Assembly (NCBI GenBank): GCA_038904015.1
Contig: JBCKKZ010000003.1
Span: 2,068 to 66,067, forward strand
Direction of reading: 5' to 3'
Length of the DNA stretch: 64,000 nucleotides
DNA from: Burkholderiales bacterium
GTDB lineage: Bacteria; Pseudomonadota; Gammaproteobacteria; Burkholderiales; SG8-39
Shown here one piece after another: positions 45,038-54,751 of this stretch (the first letter of the stretch is position 1; each line of letters opens with the position of its first letter). A program made the position numbers and the translations under genes. The notes beneath the pieces were generated by a model that worked only from the letters and a program-made list of their open reading frames with translations, made no database searches and had not been told where the DNA came from.

Positions 45038-46010
45038 AAATCTTGCCGAGCGTGGCGCCAAAGGGCATCACTTCCGCGCCCGCCAGCAAGCCGCGGCCCG
45101 CGAGTTCGCGGTGCAGCTCGGGCAGGTTGTACTGCGGCACCGATGCGTAGAGATGGTGCTCGATGTGGTAATTGACGTGGTGGGGAAAGAGCAGCCAGCC
45201 GAGCCAGGCCGGGACCAGGTTGGTGCGCGCCGCGGTGAGCGGCGATGAAAAATCGACGGTCGCGCCATGCTCGGCGATGGCGCGCAGCCGCAGGATCGCC
45301 TGCACCACGCTAACCAGCGGCAGGATCCAGAGCACGAGGTATTGGAGGAGAAAGCCGCTCCACGCGAAGATCATCAGGAAACCCGCGTGAAAAAGTATCA
45401 CGGCATTGCGATCATGCCGTGCTTCATCCCGCAATTTCGATGAGGTATCGTCCAGCGGGCGGATCGCCACGTTGGTCTGCGTGTTCAGCGCCGGCGCGCC
45501 GCCGAGGAAATAGACATAGGTCTTCCAGGCGGTGAAGCCCGACAGGTCCTTGAGCAGCTTCCTCGCGAGGTAGGCCCTGCCTCTCGGGTAACCGCCATGC
45601 AATGCGGTGTCGGGGTCGAGCTCGGTATACAGATTGTTGTGGTGCAGGCGATGGATCACGCGGTAGGTGCGCATCGAGAGGCCCTGCAACGTGGCGCACA
45701 GGCGCCCGGCGGCGTCGTTCAGCCAGCGCTGCTCGAACAGGCGGTAATGCGCAGCCTCGTGCGCGAGCACGAAGAGCGCGTGCTGGCGCGTGCCGATCAG
45801 GATTACGCAGGGCACAACCACCCACGGCGTCCACCAGGCCAGCGCCGCGGCGATCAAAGCGCAGATGACGACGATCTCCTGCAGCAGCGACCAGGCCGAG
45901 CGCCCGGCCGACAGCCGCGACAGGCGCTGAATGAGCTCCGCCGGCAGCGCCTTGCGGAAATCGTCCTTGAACTCTTCGCCGTGCCTGGGCGCGTTCATCG
46001 AAATCTCCAA
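45009..46010 (-). CDS. membrane fatty-acid desaturase
   Basis: His boxes HEAAHY, HRLHHNN, HHVNYHIEHHLY, and multiple TMs. Confidence 0.85.
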   Translation of the reverse strand: MEISMNAPRHGEEFKDDFRKALPAELIQRLSRLSAGRSAWSLLQEIVVICALIAAALAWWTPWVVVPCVILIGTRQHALFVLAHEAAHYRLFEQRWLNDAAGRLCATLQGLSMRTYRVIHRLHHNNLYTELDPDTALHGGYPRGRAYLARKLLKDLSGFTAWKTYVYFLGGAPALNTQTNVAIRPLDDTSSKLRDEARHDRNAVILFHAGFLMIFAWSGFLLQYLVLWILPLVSVVQAILRLRAIAEHGATVDFSSPLTAARTNLVPAWLGWLLFPHHVNYHIEHHLYASVPQYNLPELHRELAGRGLLAGAEVMPFGATLGKIFSDRLRSAA

Positions 46011-46099
46011 ACCAATGCAACGGTTTCAACCTTGGATTCTACGGCGATTCACGATCACGTAATGCTTGACGCAAAACGCCGGCCGGGCCCCAAGCCGGG

Positions 46100-46117
46100 G
46101 TGTAATACGGCTGTAAC
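46100..46117 (+). promoter_or_regulatory. candidate Pho box upstream of pstS
   Basis: gtgtaat-acgg-ctgtaac: two 7-bp direct repeats at 11-bp phasing (compare CTGTCAT-N4-CTGTCAT). A tagact -10-like hexamer lies 10 nt downstream (46128-46133). Confidence 0.45.
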
Positions 46118-46165
46118 ATCGGCCACCTAGACTCGCCTGCGTCAACCACAAGGAGAAGACGAGTC

Positions 46166-47164
46166 ATGAAAGCCAAGTATTCGATTCAGGCGCTGGCCGT
46201 GGCCGGCGCGGTTGCCGCGGCGTCGGCTGCGTTTGCGCAGCAGATCGTCAAGATCGACGGCTCGAGCACGGTGTTCCCGGTGACCGAGGCGGTCGCCGAA
46301 GATTTCCAGAAAGCCAAGAAGAACGCCATCAAGGTCACGGTCGGCATTTCGGGCACCGGTGGCGGCTTCAAGAAATTCTGCCGCGGCGAGACCGACATCT
46401 CGAACGCTTCGCGACCCATTCTCAAGCCGGAGATGGCGGATTGCGCCAAGGCGGGCATCGAGTACATCGAGCTGCCGGTGGCGTTCGACGCGCTGACGGT
46501 CGTCATCCATCCGAAGAACAACTTCATCAAGAGCCTGTCGGTCGAGGAGCTGAAGAAGATGTGGGAGCCGGCGGCGCAGGGCAAGATCACGCGCTGGAAT
46601 CAGGTCAACCCGTCTTGGCCGGACGCGCCGCTCAAGCTGTTCGGCGCGGGCGCCGACTCGGGCACCTTCGACTACTTCACCGAGTCGATCGTCGGCAAGT
46701 CCAAGTCCTCGCGCGGCGACTTCACCGCTTCGGAGGACGACAACGTGCTGGTGCAGGGCGTGTCGCGCGACGTGAATGCGCTCGGCTTCTTCGGCTTCGC
46801 GTACTACGTCGAGAACAAGGACAAGCTGAAGGCGGTGCCGATTATCGCGAAGCCCGGCGGGTCCGCCGTCGAACCCTCGATGGAGAACGTGCTGAAGGGC
46901 GCCTACCAGCCGCTCGCGCGGCCGATCTTCATCTATGTGAGCACCAAGGCGCTCTCCAGGCCGGAGGTCAGGGAGTTCGTCGAGTACTACATGAAGCATG
47001 GCGAGAAGTTGTCGCGGGAAGTGAAATACGTGCCGCTGCCCGCTTCCGCGTACACCGTCGCCTGGGATCACGTCGTGAAGATGAAAAAGGGCACCAAGTT
47101 CGGCGGCATCGCCGAGGTCGGCGTGACCATCGAGGAGCTGCTGAAGCGCGAGGGCAAGCTCTAA
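46166..47164 (+). CDS. pstS: phosphate ABC transporter substrate-binding protein
   Basis: Signal peptide ...AAASAAFAQ, then [18 protein letters not shown]...[12 protein letters not shown]...SNASRPI. aaggag SD. Confidence 0.9.
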   Translation: MKAKYSIQALAVAGAVAAASAAFAQQIVKIDGSSTVFPVTEAVAEDFQKAKKNAIKVTVGISGTGGGFKKFCRGETDISNASRPILKPEMADCAKAGIEYIELPVAFDALTVVIHPKNNFIKSLSVEELKKMWEPAAQGKITRWNQVNPSWPDAPLKLFGAGADSGTFDYFTESIVGKSKSSRGDFTASEDDNVLVQGVSRDVNALGFFGFAYYVENKDKLKAVPIIAKPGGSAVEPSMENVLKGAYQPLARPIFIYVSTKALSRPEVREFVEYYMKHGEKLSREVKYVPLPASAYTVAWDHVVKMKKGTKFGGIAEVGVTIEELLKREGKL

Positions 47165-47187
47165 GCCGCCTGCCGCGGCCTTTCGGG

Positions 47188-47220
47188 GCCCGCCGCGGGA
47201 TCCCCCTGCGGCGGGCTTTT
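47188..47220 (+). terminator. intrinsic terminator/attenuator between pstS and pstC
   Basis: gcccgccgc (47188-47196) pairs with gcggcgggc (47208-47216), followed by tttt. Confidence 0.6.
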
Positions 47221-47249
47221 CATTGCTAACATAGGCAACTCTAACCCCC

Positions 47250-48203
47250 ATGTCCGCCGTCGTGCCTGGCGACCTCTCCGCGAGCCCGCAGTCAGGGGCG
47301 ATGACCGCCCGTCTCGCCTACCGGCGCTCGCGCATCCTGCGCGAGAAGTGCATCGAACTGCTGCTGTTCCTCGCCGCGCTGGTGTCGGTGTTCACCACCG
47401 TCGGCATCGTCTACGTGCTGGTCAAGGAGTCGGTGATCTTCTTCCAGCATGTGTCCTTGCTGGATTTCCTGACCGACACGCAGTGGACGCCGCTCTTCGA
47501 TGACGCGCATTTCGGCATCATGGTCCTGCTCTCGGGCACGTTCACCAGTTCGGCCGTCGCGCTGTCGATCGCGATACCGCTGGGCACCGTGATCGCGATC
47601 TACCTGTCGGAGTTCGCGCCGTTCTCGGTGCGCGAGGTCGCCAAGCCGTTTCTGGAGTTGCTCGGCGGCGTGCCGACCATCGTCTACGGCTTCTTCGCGC
47701 TGCTCTTCATCACGCCCATCCTGCAATGGTTCTACCCGGAGCTGCCGGGCTTCAACCTGCTGTCCGCCGGTATTGCGATGGGCATCATGATCGTTCCCTA
47801 CGTCGCCTCGATCAGCGAGGATGCCATGCGCTCGGTGCCGATGAGCCTGCGCGAGGGCTCCTACGCGATGGGCGCGACGCGCTACCAGACCGCCGTCAAG
47901 GTGGTGGTGCCGGCCGCGTTCTCCGGGATCGCGGCCGCCTACATCCTCGGCATCTCGCGCGCGGTGGGGGAGACCATGATCGTCGCGGTGGCGGCCGGCA
48001 TGCAGCCGAATCTCACCTTCAACCCGCTCGAGCCCGCCGCCACCGTGACCGCGTACATCGTGCAGGTGGCGCTCGGCGATCTGCCGCACGGTTCGGTCGG
48101 CTACCAGACGATCTTCGCCGCGGGCCTGACGCTGATGCTGTTCACGCTGGTGTGCAACATCGCCGGCCACATGCTGCGCAAGAGCTTCCGGGAGGCCTAC
48201 TGA
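47250..48203 (+). CDS. pstC: phosphate ABC transporter permease PstC
   Basis: ...ISEDAMRSVPMSLREGSYAMGATRYQTAVKVVVPAA... (EAA-type loop), multiple TMs. Confidence 0.9.
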   Translation: MSAVVPGDLSASPQSGAMTARLAYRRSRILREKCIELLLFLAALVSVFTTVGIVYVLVKESVIFFQHVSLLDFLTDTQWTPLFDDAHFGIMVLLSGTFTSSAVALSIAIPLGTVIAIYLSEFAPFSVREVAKPFLELLGGVPTIVYGFFALLFITPILQWFYPELPGFNLLSAGIAMGIMIVPYVASISEDAMRSVPMSLREGSYAMGATRYQTAVKVVVPAAFSGIAAAYILGISRAVGETMIVAVAAGMQPNLTFNPLEPAATVTAYIVQVALGDLPHGSVGYQTIFAAGLTLMLFTLVCNIAGHMLRKSFREAY

Positions 48204-48204
48204 C

Positions 48205-49131
48205 ATGGCCTACGCCAAGGACCTCGGCGCAATCCGCGCGCTGATCGCCAGCCACAAGCGCTGGGACCGCGTGTTCGCGGTCTGCGGCCTGCTCGCGCTG
48301 ATGGTCGGGGTGCTGACGTTCACGGCGCTGTTCGTCGACATGGCGATCGAGGGCATCCCGCGCCTGAAGCCGGATTTCTTCACCAACTTTCCTTCGCGCC
48401 ACCCCGCGCAGGCGGGCATACTCTCGGCCTGGGTCGGTTCCTGCCTGGTGATGCTGGTGACCGCATTCTTCGCCGTTCCTCTCGGCGTCGCCGCCGGACT
48501 TTACCTCGAGGAATACGCGCCGAAGAACTGGATGACCGACATCATCGAGATCAACGTCACCAACCTCGCCGGCGTGCCCTCGATCGTGTACGGGCTGCTG
48601 GCGCTCGGCCTGTTCGTCTACCAGTTCGGCTTCGGGCAATCAATTCTCTCGGCAGGCTTGACCCTCGCGCTGCTCATTCTGCCGGTGGTGATCGTGGCCA
48701 CGCGCGAGGCGGTACGTGCGATTCCGCAGGGCATCCGTGAAGGCGCCTACGCTCTGGGCGCGACACAGTGGCAGGTCTGCCGCCACCATATCGTCCCGTA
48801 CTCCTCGGCGGGCATCCTCACCGGCGTGATCATCGGCATGGCGCGCGCCATCGGCGAGACCGCGCCGATCATCACCATCGGCGCGCTGACGTTCATCGCA
48901 TTCCTGCCGCCGTCGCCGATCAAGGCGGAACCCCCGTTCCTTTCGTTCGACTGGCTGACGTCGCCGTTCACGGTGATGCCGATCCAGATGTTCAACTGGA
49001 CCTCGCGGCCCGAGGCCGCTTTCCAGCAGAATGCCGCCGCCGCCGGGTTCGTGCTCGTGCTCATGACGCTGGCCATGAACGGGTTCGCGATCTGGCTGCG
49101 CTACCGGCTTCGCAAAAACATCAAATGGTGA
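48205..49131 (+). CDS. pstA: phosphate ABC transporter permease PstA
   Basis: ...VATREAVRAIPQGIREGAYALGATQWQV... Follows pstC by 1 nt. Confidence 0.9.
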   Translation: MAYAKDLGAIRALIASHKRWDRVFAVCGLLALMVGVLTFTALFVDMAIEGIPRLKPDFFTNFPSRHPAQAGILSAWVGSCLVMLVTAFFAVPLGVAAGLYLEEYAPKNWMTDIIEINVTNLAGVPSIVYGLLALGLFVYQFGFGQSILSAGLTLALLILPVVIVATREAVRAIPQGIREGAYALGATQWQVCRHHIVPYSSAGILTGVIIGMARAIGETAPIITIGALTFIAFLPPSPIKAEPPFLSFDWLTSPFTVMPIQMFNWTSRPEAAFQQNAAAAGFVLVLMTLAMNGFAIWLRYRLRKNIKW

Positions 49132-49134
49132 CCC

Positions 49135-49953
49135 ATGGCTGCCGTCGCGATCGCCGCCGCCGTTGAGGGCCGCCCGGGCCAGAGCGCCCAGGCTGCGCCC
49201 AAGGCGGAGGCCAAGAAACTCAGCTTCTACTATGGCGCTTTCCGCGCGCTGACCGACATCGACCTGGTGGTGTATGAGAATCGGGTCACCGCGCTCATCG
49301 GGCCGTCCGGCTGCGGCAAGTCCACCTTCCTGCGCTGCTTCAACCGGATGCACGATCTCTACCCTGGAACGCGCTACGAGGGAGAGATTCGGCTCTATCC
49401 GGACGACACCAACCTGCTCGCCGCCAGCGTGGATCCGATCGAGGTGCGCATGCGTCTCTCGATGGTGTTCCAGAAACCCAACCCGTTCCCCAAGTCCGTC
49501 TTCGAGAACGTCGCCTACGGTCTGCGGGTGCGCGGCGAGCGTTCGGGCCGGGCGATCTCGGACAAGGTCGAGGCCGCGCTGCGCGGCGCGGCGCTCTGGG
49601 ACGAGGTCAAGGACCGGCTGCGCGATCTGGCCTTCAATCTTTCCGGCGGGCAGCAGCAGCGCCTGTGCATCGCGCGCGCGCTGGCGACCGACCCCGAGAT
49701 CCTGCTGTTCGACGAACCCACCTCGTCGCTCGACCCGATCGCCACGGCGAGCATCGAGGAATTGATCGCGGACCTGAAGAAGAAGGTCACGATCCTGATC
49801 GTCACCCACAACATGCAGCAGGCGGCGCGCGTGTCGGATTACACTGCCTACATGTACCTCGGCAAGCTGATCGAGTTCGGCCGTACCGACGAGCTGTTCA
49901 TCAAACCGAGGAACAAGCAGACCGAGGACTACATTACCGGCAGGTTCGGTTGA
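49135..49953 (+). CDS. pstB: phosphate ABC transporter ATP-binding protein PstB
   Basis: Walker [24 protein letters not shown], Walker [14 protein letters not shown]. Confidence 0.95.
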   Translation: MAAVAIAAAVEGRPGQSAQAAPKAEAKKLSFYYGAFRALTDIDLVVYENRVTALIGPSGCGKSTFLRCFNRMHDLYPGTRYEGEIRLYPDDTNLLAASVDPIEVRMRLSMVFQKPNPFPKSVFENVAYGLRVRGERSGRAISDKVEAALRGAALWDEVKDRLRDLAFNLSGGQQQRLCIARALATDPEILLFDEPTSSLDPIATASIEELIADLKKKVTILIVTHNMQQAARVSDYTAYMYLGKLIEFGRTDELFIKPRNKQTEDYITGRFG

Positions 49954-49957
49954 GAGG

Positions 49958-50674
49958 ATGACCATGGGCGTGACCGAGCACATATCCAAGCAGTTCGAGG
50001 CCGACCTCGACACCATGCGCACGCGCGTGCTGCAGATGGGCGGCCTGGTGGAGGCGCAGATCCTGGCCGCGATCCAGGCCTTCGCTTCCGGGGACCCGGC
50101 GCTGAGCGACCAGGTGGTCGAGAACGACGCCCGCGTCAACGGCTACGAGGTGGCGATCGACGGTGCCTGCGGGCAATTGCTGGTGCGCAGGCAGCCTGCG
50201 GCCTCCGATCTGCGGATGGTGATGGCGATCAGCAAGATCGTCACCGATCTCGAACGCATGGGCGACGAAGCGAAGAAGATCGCGCGCATGGCGAAGCAGA
50301 TCCACGAGGGCAGCGCGCAGCATGCGCAGCGCTTCCCGTCGATCCGCCACGCCGCGCAGATCGCGGTCAAGATGCTGCGCCAGGCGCTGGACGCCTTCGC
50401 GCGCCTGGACGCGGCGAGCGCCGCCGAGGTGCTGAAGGAGGACTCGGAGATCGATACGGAGTTCAAGTCGGTGCTGCGCCAGCTGATCACCTACATGATG
50501 GAGGATCCGCGCACCATCACCATCTCGCTGGAGACGGTCTGGGTGGCGAAGGCGGTCGAGCGCATCGGCGACCACGCCAAGAACGTGGCCGAGCAGGTGA
50601 TCTACATCGTCAAGGGCACCGACGTGCGCCATACCTCGTTCGCCGACATCGAGCGCGAGATCGCCAAGGAATAG
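49958..50674 (+). CDS. phoU: phosphate signalling complex protein PhoU
   Basis: ...ISKIVTDLERMGDEAKKIA... and ...VAKAVERIGDHAKNVAE... (duplicated PhoU motifs). Confidence 0.95.
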   Translation: MTMGVTEHISKQFEADLDTMRTRVLQMGGLVEAQILAAIQAFASGDPALSDQVVENDARVNGYEVAIDGACGQLLVRRQPAASDLRMVMAISKIVTDLERMGDEAKKIARMAKQIHEGSAQHAQRFPSIRHAAQIAVKMLRQALDAFARLDAASAAEVLKEDSEIDTEFKSVLRQLITYMMEDPRTITISLETVWVAKAVERIGDHAKNVAEQVIYIVKGTDVRHTSFADIEREIAKE

Positions 50675-50696
50675 AAGGGAAAAGGCGGCGAAGCGC

Positions 50697-51404
50697 ATGC
50701 CCGCAACCGTTCTGATCGTGGAGGACGAACCGGCGATCCTCGAGCTGGTCGCGGTCAATCTCGAGCACGCGGGCTACGAAACGCTGCGCGCACGAACCGC
50801 TGAAGACGCCGGCCGGCTGCTCGCCGATATCCTGCCCGACCTGGTGCTGCTCGACTGGATGCTGCCGGGGCAATCCGGCGTCGCGCTGGCGCGCCGGCTG
50901 CGAGGCGACGCGCGCACGCGCGAGCTGCCGCTGATCTTCCTGACCGCGCGCGCGGACGAGCCAGACAAGATCGCCGGGCTGGAAGCGGGCGCCGACGACT
51001 ACATCACCAAGCCGTTCTCCACCAAGGAACTGGTGGCGCGCATCCGCGCGGTATTGCGCCGGAGGAAGCCCCAGCACGGCGATGCGCCGGTGGAAATCGC
51101 AGGCCTGCGGCTCGACCCGGCGGCCCACCGCGTCACCGGCAACGGCGAAGCGCTCAACTTCGGGCCGACCGAGTTCCGCCTGCTGCATTACCTGATGACG
51201 CACCCGAACCGGGTTTATTCGCGCACCCAGTTATTGGACGAAGTCTGGGGCGACCACGTGTTCATCGAGGAGCGCACCGTGGACGTGCACATCCGCAGGC
51301 TGCGCCAGGGGCTCGCACCCACCGGCCACGATGCGCTGGTCGAGACGGTGCGCGGCAGCGGCTATGCGCTGCGCGCGGAGAGCGCGGCCATGAGCCGCAG
51401 CTAA
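50697..51404 (+). CDS. phoB: phosphate regulon response regulator PhoB
   Basis: Receiver VLIVEDEPAI...LVLLDWMLPG plus winged-helix ...LNFGPTEFRLLHYLMTHPNRVYSRTQLLDEVWG...VDVHIRRLR. Confidence 0.9.
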   Translation: MPATVLIVEDEPAILELVAVNLEHAGYETLRARTAEDAGRLLADILPDLVLLDWMLPGQSGVALARRLRGDARTRELPLIFLTARADEPDKIAGLEAGADDYITKPFSTKELVARIRAVLRRRKPQHGDAPVEIAGLRLDPAAHRVTGNGEALNFGPTEFRLLHYLMTHPNRVYSRTQLLDEVWGDHVFIEERTVDVHIRRLRQGLAPTGHDALVETVRGSGYALRAESAAMSRS

Positions 51405-51424
51405 GCTCTGGTCGGACCATCGGC

Positions 51425-52663
51425 GTGAGCGGACTGGAGATCGGCCTTGCAGTCCTCGCGGCAGTCCTCGCTGGCGTGCTGCTGCGCCACCGGCACGAGT
51501 TCCGCAAGCTGAAGCACTGGGCTTCGCAGCCCCGCCTCACCGACGCGCCGGAGGCCGAAGGCGCCTGGGGAGAAGTGTTCAACCTGCTGCACCGGCATCG
51601 GCGCGCGGCGCTGGGGCGCCGCCGCGAGCTGGCGCGGCTGATGGTGCGCTCGTGGCGCGGCGCGCAGGCGTTGCCCTACGGGGTCGCGGTGCTGGATTCG
51701 GAGTTCCGTCTGGAATGGTGCAACGACGCCGCGCGCCACCACCTCGGTCTCGATCCGGAGCGCGACCGCGGCCAGCCGGTGGTCAACGTGGTACGCGCGC
51801 CGGAGTTCGTCGAGTACCTGGGCGCCGGGAATTTCTCGGAAGCCGTGCGGATCCGCGCCCCCGGCGATTCGCGCACCCTCGCGCTGCAGGTCGTGTTCTT
51901 CGGCGACGAGGAGCATCTGCTGCTGTCGCATGACGTGACGGGCGCAGAAAGGGTCGAGGCGATGCGCCGCGATTTTGTCGCCAACGTCTCGCACGAGCTG
52001 CGCACGCCGCTCACCGTGCTCGCCGGCTTTCTCGAAACCATCCAGGACCTGAAGCTGGATGCCGGCCGCGTGCGGGACTACGTCAGCCTGATGGCGTCAC
52101 AGGCCGAGCGCATGAAGCGGCTGATCGACGATTTGCTCACGCTATCGTCGCTGGAGCACGCGCCTCCGCCGCCGGCCGCCGAGCGCGTCGCGCTGCGCAC
52201 GCTGCTCGAGCGGGTGCGCGCAGAGGCGGAAGGCCTGTCCGGGGGCAAGCACCGGATCTCGCTTGAAGCGGTGGGCGGATACGATCTGCTCGGCGCCGAG
52301 AGCGAGATCTCGAGCGCCTTCGTGAACCTGGTGTCCAACGCGGTGCGTTATACGCCCAGCGGAGGCGAAATCCACCTGCGCTGGATTTCGACTGACGCCG
52401 GTGCCGAGTTCTCCGTCGAGGACACGGGCATCGGCATCGATCCGGAGCATCTCCCGCGTCTGACTGAGCGCTTCTACCGCGTGGATCGCGGCCGTTCGCG
52501 CGAAACCGGTGGCACCGGCCTCGGGCTGTCGATCGTGAAGCATGCGCTCGCGCGGCACCAGGCGACGCTCGATATCGAGAGCATGCCGGGCAAGGGCAGC
52601 CGCTTCACGGCGCGCTTCACGGCGGCGCGTCTCGCGCCCGCGCGACAAACGGTGGAGGGCTAG
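51425..52663 (+). CDS. phoR: phosphate regulon sensor kinase PhoR
   Basis: TM, PAS-like region, H box FVANVSHELRTPLTVL, and ATPase ...GGTGLGLSIVKHAL. Confidence 0.85.
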   Translation: MSGLEIGLAVLAAVLAGVLLRHRHEFRKLKHWASQPRLTDAPEAEGAWGEVFNLLHRHRRAALGRRRELARLMVRSWRGAQALPYGVAVLDSEFRLEWCNDAARHHLGLDPERDRGQPVVNVVRAPEFVEYLGAGNFSEAVRIRAPGDSRTLALQVVFFGDEEHLLLSHDVTGAERVEAMRRDFVANVSHELRTPLTVLAGFLETIQDLKLDAGRVRDYVSLMASQAERMKRLIDDLLTLSSLEHAPPPPAAERVALRTLLERVRAEAEGLSGGKHRISLEAVGGYDLLGAESEISSAFVNLVSNAVRYTPSGGEIHLRWISTDAGAEFSVEDTGIGIDPEHLPRLTERFYRVDRGRSRETGGTGLGLSIVKHALARHQATLDIESMPGKGSRFTARFTAARLAPARQTVEG

Positions 52664-52664
52664 G

Positions 52665-53117
52665 ATGGACCTGATTCTCTGGCGGCACGCGGACGCGGAG
52701 GAAGGCGAGCGCGACCTCGAACGCAGGCTCACCGCCAAGGGCCGCAAGCAGGCGCTTCGCGTGGGCGAGTGGCTGACCGCGCGCCTGCCGGGCCGCCACA
52801 CGGTGCTGGCGAGTCCAGCGCGCCGCGCGCGCGAGACCGCGGATGCGCTGGGTACGCGATACAAGATCGTTGAGCGCCTCGCGCCGGGCGCGGCGCCGGG
52901 CGAAATTCTGCAGGCCTGCGGCTGGCCGTCGCACAAGGGCGCGGTGGTCGTCGTCGGCCACCAGCCGGATCTGGGACGGGTAGCGGCGCTGCTGGTTTGC
53001 GGCGCCGAGGGAGACTGGTCGGTGAAGAAGGGCGGCCTGTGGTGGCTGAGTAACCGCGAGCGCGGCGGTGAAATCCAGGTGGTGGTGCGCGCGGTACTCG
53101 CGCCCGACCTGATCTAG
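52665..53117 (+). CDS. sixA: SixA-like phosphohistidine phosphatase
   Basis: MDLILWRHADAE...LTAKGRKQA...ASPARRARETA...VVVVGHQPDL (histidine phosphatase superfamily). Confidence 0.7.
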   Translation: MDLILWRHADAEEGERDLERRLTAKGRKQALRVGEWLTARLPGRHTVLASPARRARETADALGTRYKIVERLAPGAAPGEILQACGWPSHKGAVVVVGHQPDLGRVAALLVCGAEGDWSVKKGGLWWLSNRERGGEIQVVVRAVLAPDLI

Positions 53118-54625
53118 CCGCGGAGCTGCGCGACTTTTTTCTCCGACAGACTGTTGACCGTGAAATTCATGCCGATCGCCTTCCACTGCCCGGTTTCGGT
53201 GTCGAGCGCGGCGGCGGCCAGCGGGTTTTCCTCAAGCCATGCCTGCGGCAGGTCGAGCGCGTAGCCCGCTTCGTCACCCGCCACGTGCAGCAGCGGAAAG
53301 CGCGCATCGGTGCGGTTGCGCAGCACCAGCGCCGCGATCCGCAGCGCGAATACCAGCGCCCAGTCGCCGTCCTCGAGGTCCGCGTCGTGCATCTTGCCCA
53401 GCTTGCCGCGATGTGCGAGCACGATGCGCGCGAGGCGCTGCTGCTCCATGCGCGAAAAGCCGGGCATGTCGGCGTTCGACAGGATGTAGGCCGAGTGCTT
53501 GTGGTACTGGGCGTGCGCCACCGACAATCCGATCTCGGAAAGCCGCGCCGCCCAATCGAGAAGCAGGCGGTCCGGTTCTTGATCTTCTTTTTGTTTGATT
53601 ATTGAATCAAAAATGCGAAGAGCAAGGAGCCGAACCCTTTCGGCCTGTGCCGTGTCAACGTGGTAGCGGCGCATGAATTGCGTCACCGTCGCCTCGCGCA
53701 TGTCGCGATGCTGCACGCGCCCTAGCAGATCGTAGAGCACGCCATGCCGCAGGGCGCCGTCGGAGACCGCCATGCGCTCGATGCCGAGTTCGGCAAACGC
53801 GCTGAGCATGATCGCCAGGCCGCCGGGAATCACCACCGCGCGGTCCTTGCGCAGCCCGGCGATCCGGTCGGGGTCGGCGCGCTCGTGCTTGATGAGCAGG
53901 CTTTTCAAGCGCTCCAGGCCTTCCAGCGTGATGCCTTCCTCGGCGAAACCGTTTTCGCGCAGGATCGCTTCCAGCGCGCGCGCCGTGCCCGATGAGCCGA
54001 TGGCTTCCTGCCAGCCGGTGGCGCGGTACTCGCCCGCCATGCCGGCGAGCTCCTGGCGCGCCGCGAGCTCGGCTTTCTTGAAGCGCGATTTCTCGATCCG
54101 GCCCTCCGGAAAGTAGGCGAGGCTGTAGCTGACGCAGCCCATGTAGAGACTCTCGGTGAGCAGCGGGTCCAGGCCCTTGCCGATGATGAATTCGGTCGAG
54201 CCGCCGCCGATGTCCACCACCAGTCTGTTGTGCGCGGCCGGCGGCATTGCGTGGGCGACGCCAAGGTAGATGAGCCGCGCTTCCTCGCGGCCGGCGATCA
54301 CCTCGATCGGGAAACCGAGCGCGGCGCGCGCATCGCGCAGGAACTGCGGCGCGTTCTTGGCCACCCGCAGCGTATTGGTTCCCACCGCGCGAACGGCGCC
54401 GCGCGGCAGGCCGCGCAGGCGCTCGCCGATACGCGCAAGCGCTTCCAGCGCGCGCGCCTGCGTGGCGCGGTCGATGCGTTTCTCGGCGGTCAGGCCAGCG
54501 CCCAGGCGCACCACTTCGCGCAGCGAATCGAGCGGATAGATCTGCCCGTCGACAACCCTGCCGACCTGGAGATGGAAGCTGTTCGAACCGAGGTCGATCG
54601 CGGCGAGTACGTCAGGTCGGGGCAT
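53114..54625 (-). CDS. ppx: exopolyphosphatase (Ppx/GppA family)
   Basis: LAAIDLGSNSFHLQVGRV...VVDIGGGSTEFIIG... plus a C-terminal HD-like region. Confidence 0.9.
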   Translation of the reverse strand: MPRPDVLAAIDLGSNSFHLQVGRVVDGQIYPLDSLREVVRLGAGLTAEKRIDRATQARALEALARIGERLRGLPRGAVRAVGTNTLRVAKNAPQFLRDARAALGFPIEVIAGREEARLIYLGVAHAMPPAAHNRLVVDIGGGSTEFIIGKGLDPLLTESLYMGCVSYSLAYFPEGRIEKSRFKKAELAARQELAGMAGEYRATGWQEAIGSSGTARALEAILRENGFAEEGITLEGLERLKSLLIKHERADPDRIAGLRKDRAVVIPGGLAIMLSAFAELGIERMAVSDGALRHGVLYDLLGRVQHRDMREATVTQFMRRYHVDTAQAERVRLLALRIFDSIIKQKEDQEPDRLLLDWAARLSEIGLSVAHAQYHKHSAYILSNADMPGFSRMEQQRLARIVLAHRGKLGKMHDADLEDGDWALVFALRIAALVLRNRTDARFPLLHVAGDEAGYALDLPQAWLEENPLAAAALDTETGQWKAIGMNFTVNSLSEKKVAQLRG

Positions 54626-54751
54626 TGGCGGGAAAAGCTTACACCCTGTGGATAACCTGGCAAACCGGGTGGTTCAGGCGGTTTCACAAGGTTGCAACAT
54701 TTGTCGTGTAGGCTGGTCACCCAAAAGGTCGCGATCCCCCGCCGGTCCCCA

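Noticed and set aside
43283-45061. 592-aa ORF on the minus strand
   Set aside because: Antisense to the ankyrin-repeat protein and the CCP fragment. Arg/Gly-rich with no motifs.
46142-47251. 369-aa ORF on the minus strand
   Set aside because: Antisense to pstS.
48640-50139. 499-aa ORF on the minus strand
   Set aside because: Antisense to pstA, pstB and phoU, all confidently called on the plus strand.
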